From positions 85,222-149,221 of the forward strand of contig CAWHUL010000030.1 in the NCBI GenBank assembly GCA_963832365.1: 64,000 nucleotides of DNA, given 5' to 3'. The stretch's first letter is position 1; each line of letters opens with the position of its first letter. Below, piece after piece: positions 63,915-64,000 of the stretch. The position numbers and the translations under genes were made by a program. This DNA is from an uncultured Acidobacteriota bacterium (GTDB taxonomy: Bacteria; Acidobacteriota; Terriglobia; Terriglobales; Acidobacteriaceae). The notes under the pieces are model-generated. The model worked only from the letters and a program-made list of their open reading frames with translations, was not told the origin of the DNA and searched no databases.

Positions 63915-64000
63915 TTGCTCGCCCAGGCAAGAAGAGACATGCTCTGCAAATCTCAGTGGTACAACATCTTAGCCAATTTTTATAGCTCCCCTTCAGGTCG

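Larger units (their letters stand above)
57265..64000. mobile_element. tRNA-Arg-associated integrative element (partial; far end outside window)
   Basis: A tyrosine integrase lies 70 nt from the tRNA 3-prime end. It is followed by an excisionase-like HTH, several small orphan ORFs, visibly lower GC in 61-63 kb, and no housekeeping genes. No direct repeat of the tRNA 3-prime end was found inside the window. Confidence 0.7.

Noticed and set aside
57265-64000. attR direct repeat of the tRNA-Arg 3-prime end inside the window
   Set aside because: I scanned by eye for GTTCGACTCACCCCAGGGCT-like sequence downstream of the integrase and found none. The island boundary is presumably beyond position 64000.

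Overview
This is a high-GC bacterial chromosomal window. Gene content, pilin N-termini and the extragenic repeat families suggest Acidobacteriota, which is an inference and not a search result.

- **Left end (minus strand):** a type IV pilus operon runs pilC-pilB-pilM-pilN-pilO, then a PilP-like gene and a pilin-like gene that leaves the window. It is followed by a LolA-like/TPR/ABC-2 exporter cluster. Next come three tandem paralogous type IV pilin genes, each with its own sigma54-type promoter and TGTC-containing upstream motifs, and two of them with a clear terminator. A GT39 (PMT-like) glycosyltransferase sits beside them.
- **Middle:** mostly housekeeping genes (M16 peptidase, rlmN, nadB, aroB, ubiE, CDF, ribF, ygfZ-like, mtnP, murA, recR, ybaB, dnaX, Nudix, IscU-like, XdhC, a lone nuoB).
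- **Most interesting locus:** a soluble PRC-barrel/MgtE_N/CBS protein lies next to an Nramp-family transporter. That transporter's metal-site motifs are non-canonical (DAGG and TTIAPW in place of DPGN and MPH) and resemble Nramp-related Mg2+ transporters.
- **Other notable points:** a CDF transporter with three tandem cytoplasmic domains; several families of extragenic palindromic repeats, including a conserved module directly after two stop codons and one in-frame copy inside a CDS; and an ORF-free 350-nt stretch that ends in a strong terminator.
- **Right end:** tRNA-Arg(CCT) is followed by a tyrosine integrase, an excisionase-like HTH and about 6.7 kb of orphan genes. This is an integrative element that runs off the window.
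- **Quality caveat:** at least 9 single-nucleotide frame disruptions hit 7 otherwise conserved genes. This points to assembly indel errors more than to biology.

I found no rRNA, no CRISPR array and no recognisable defence system.
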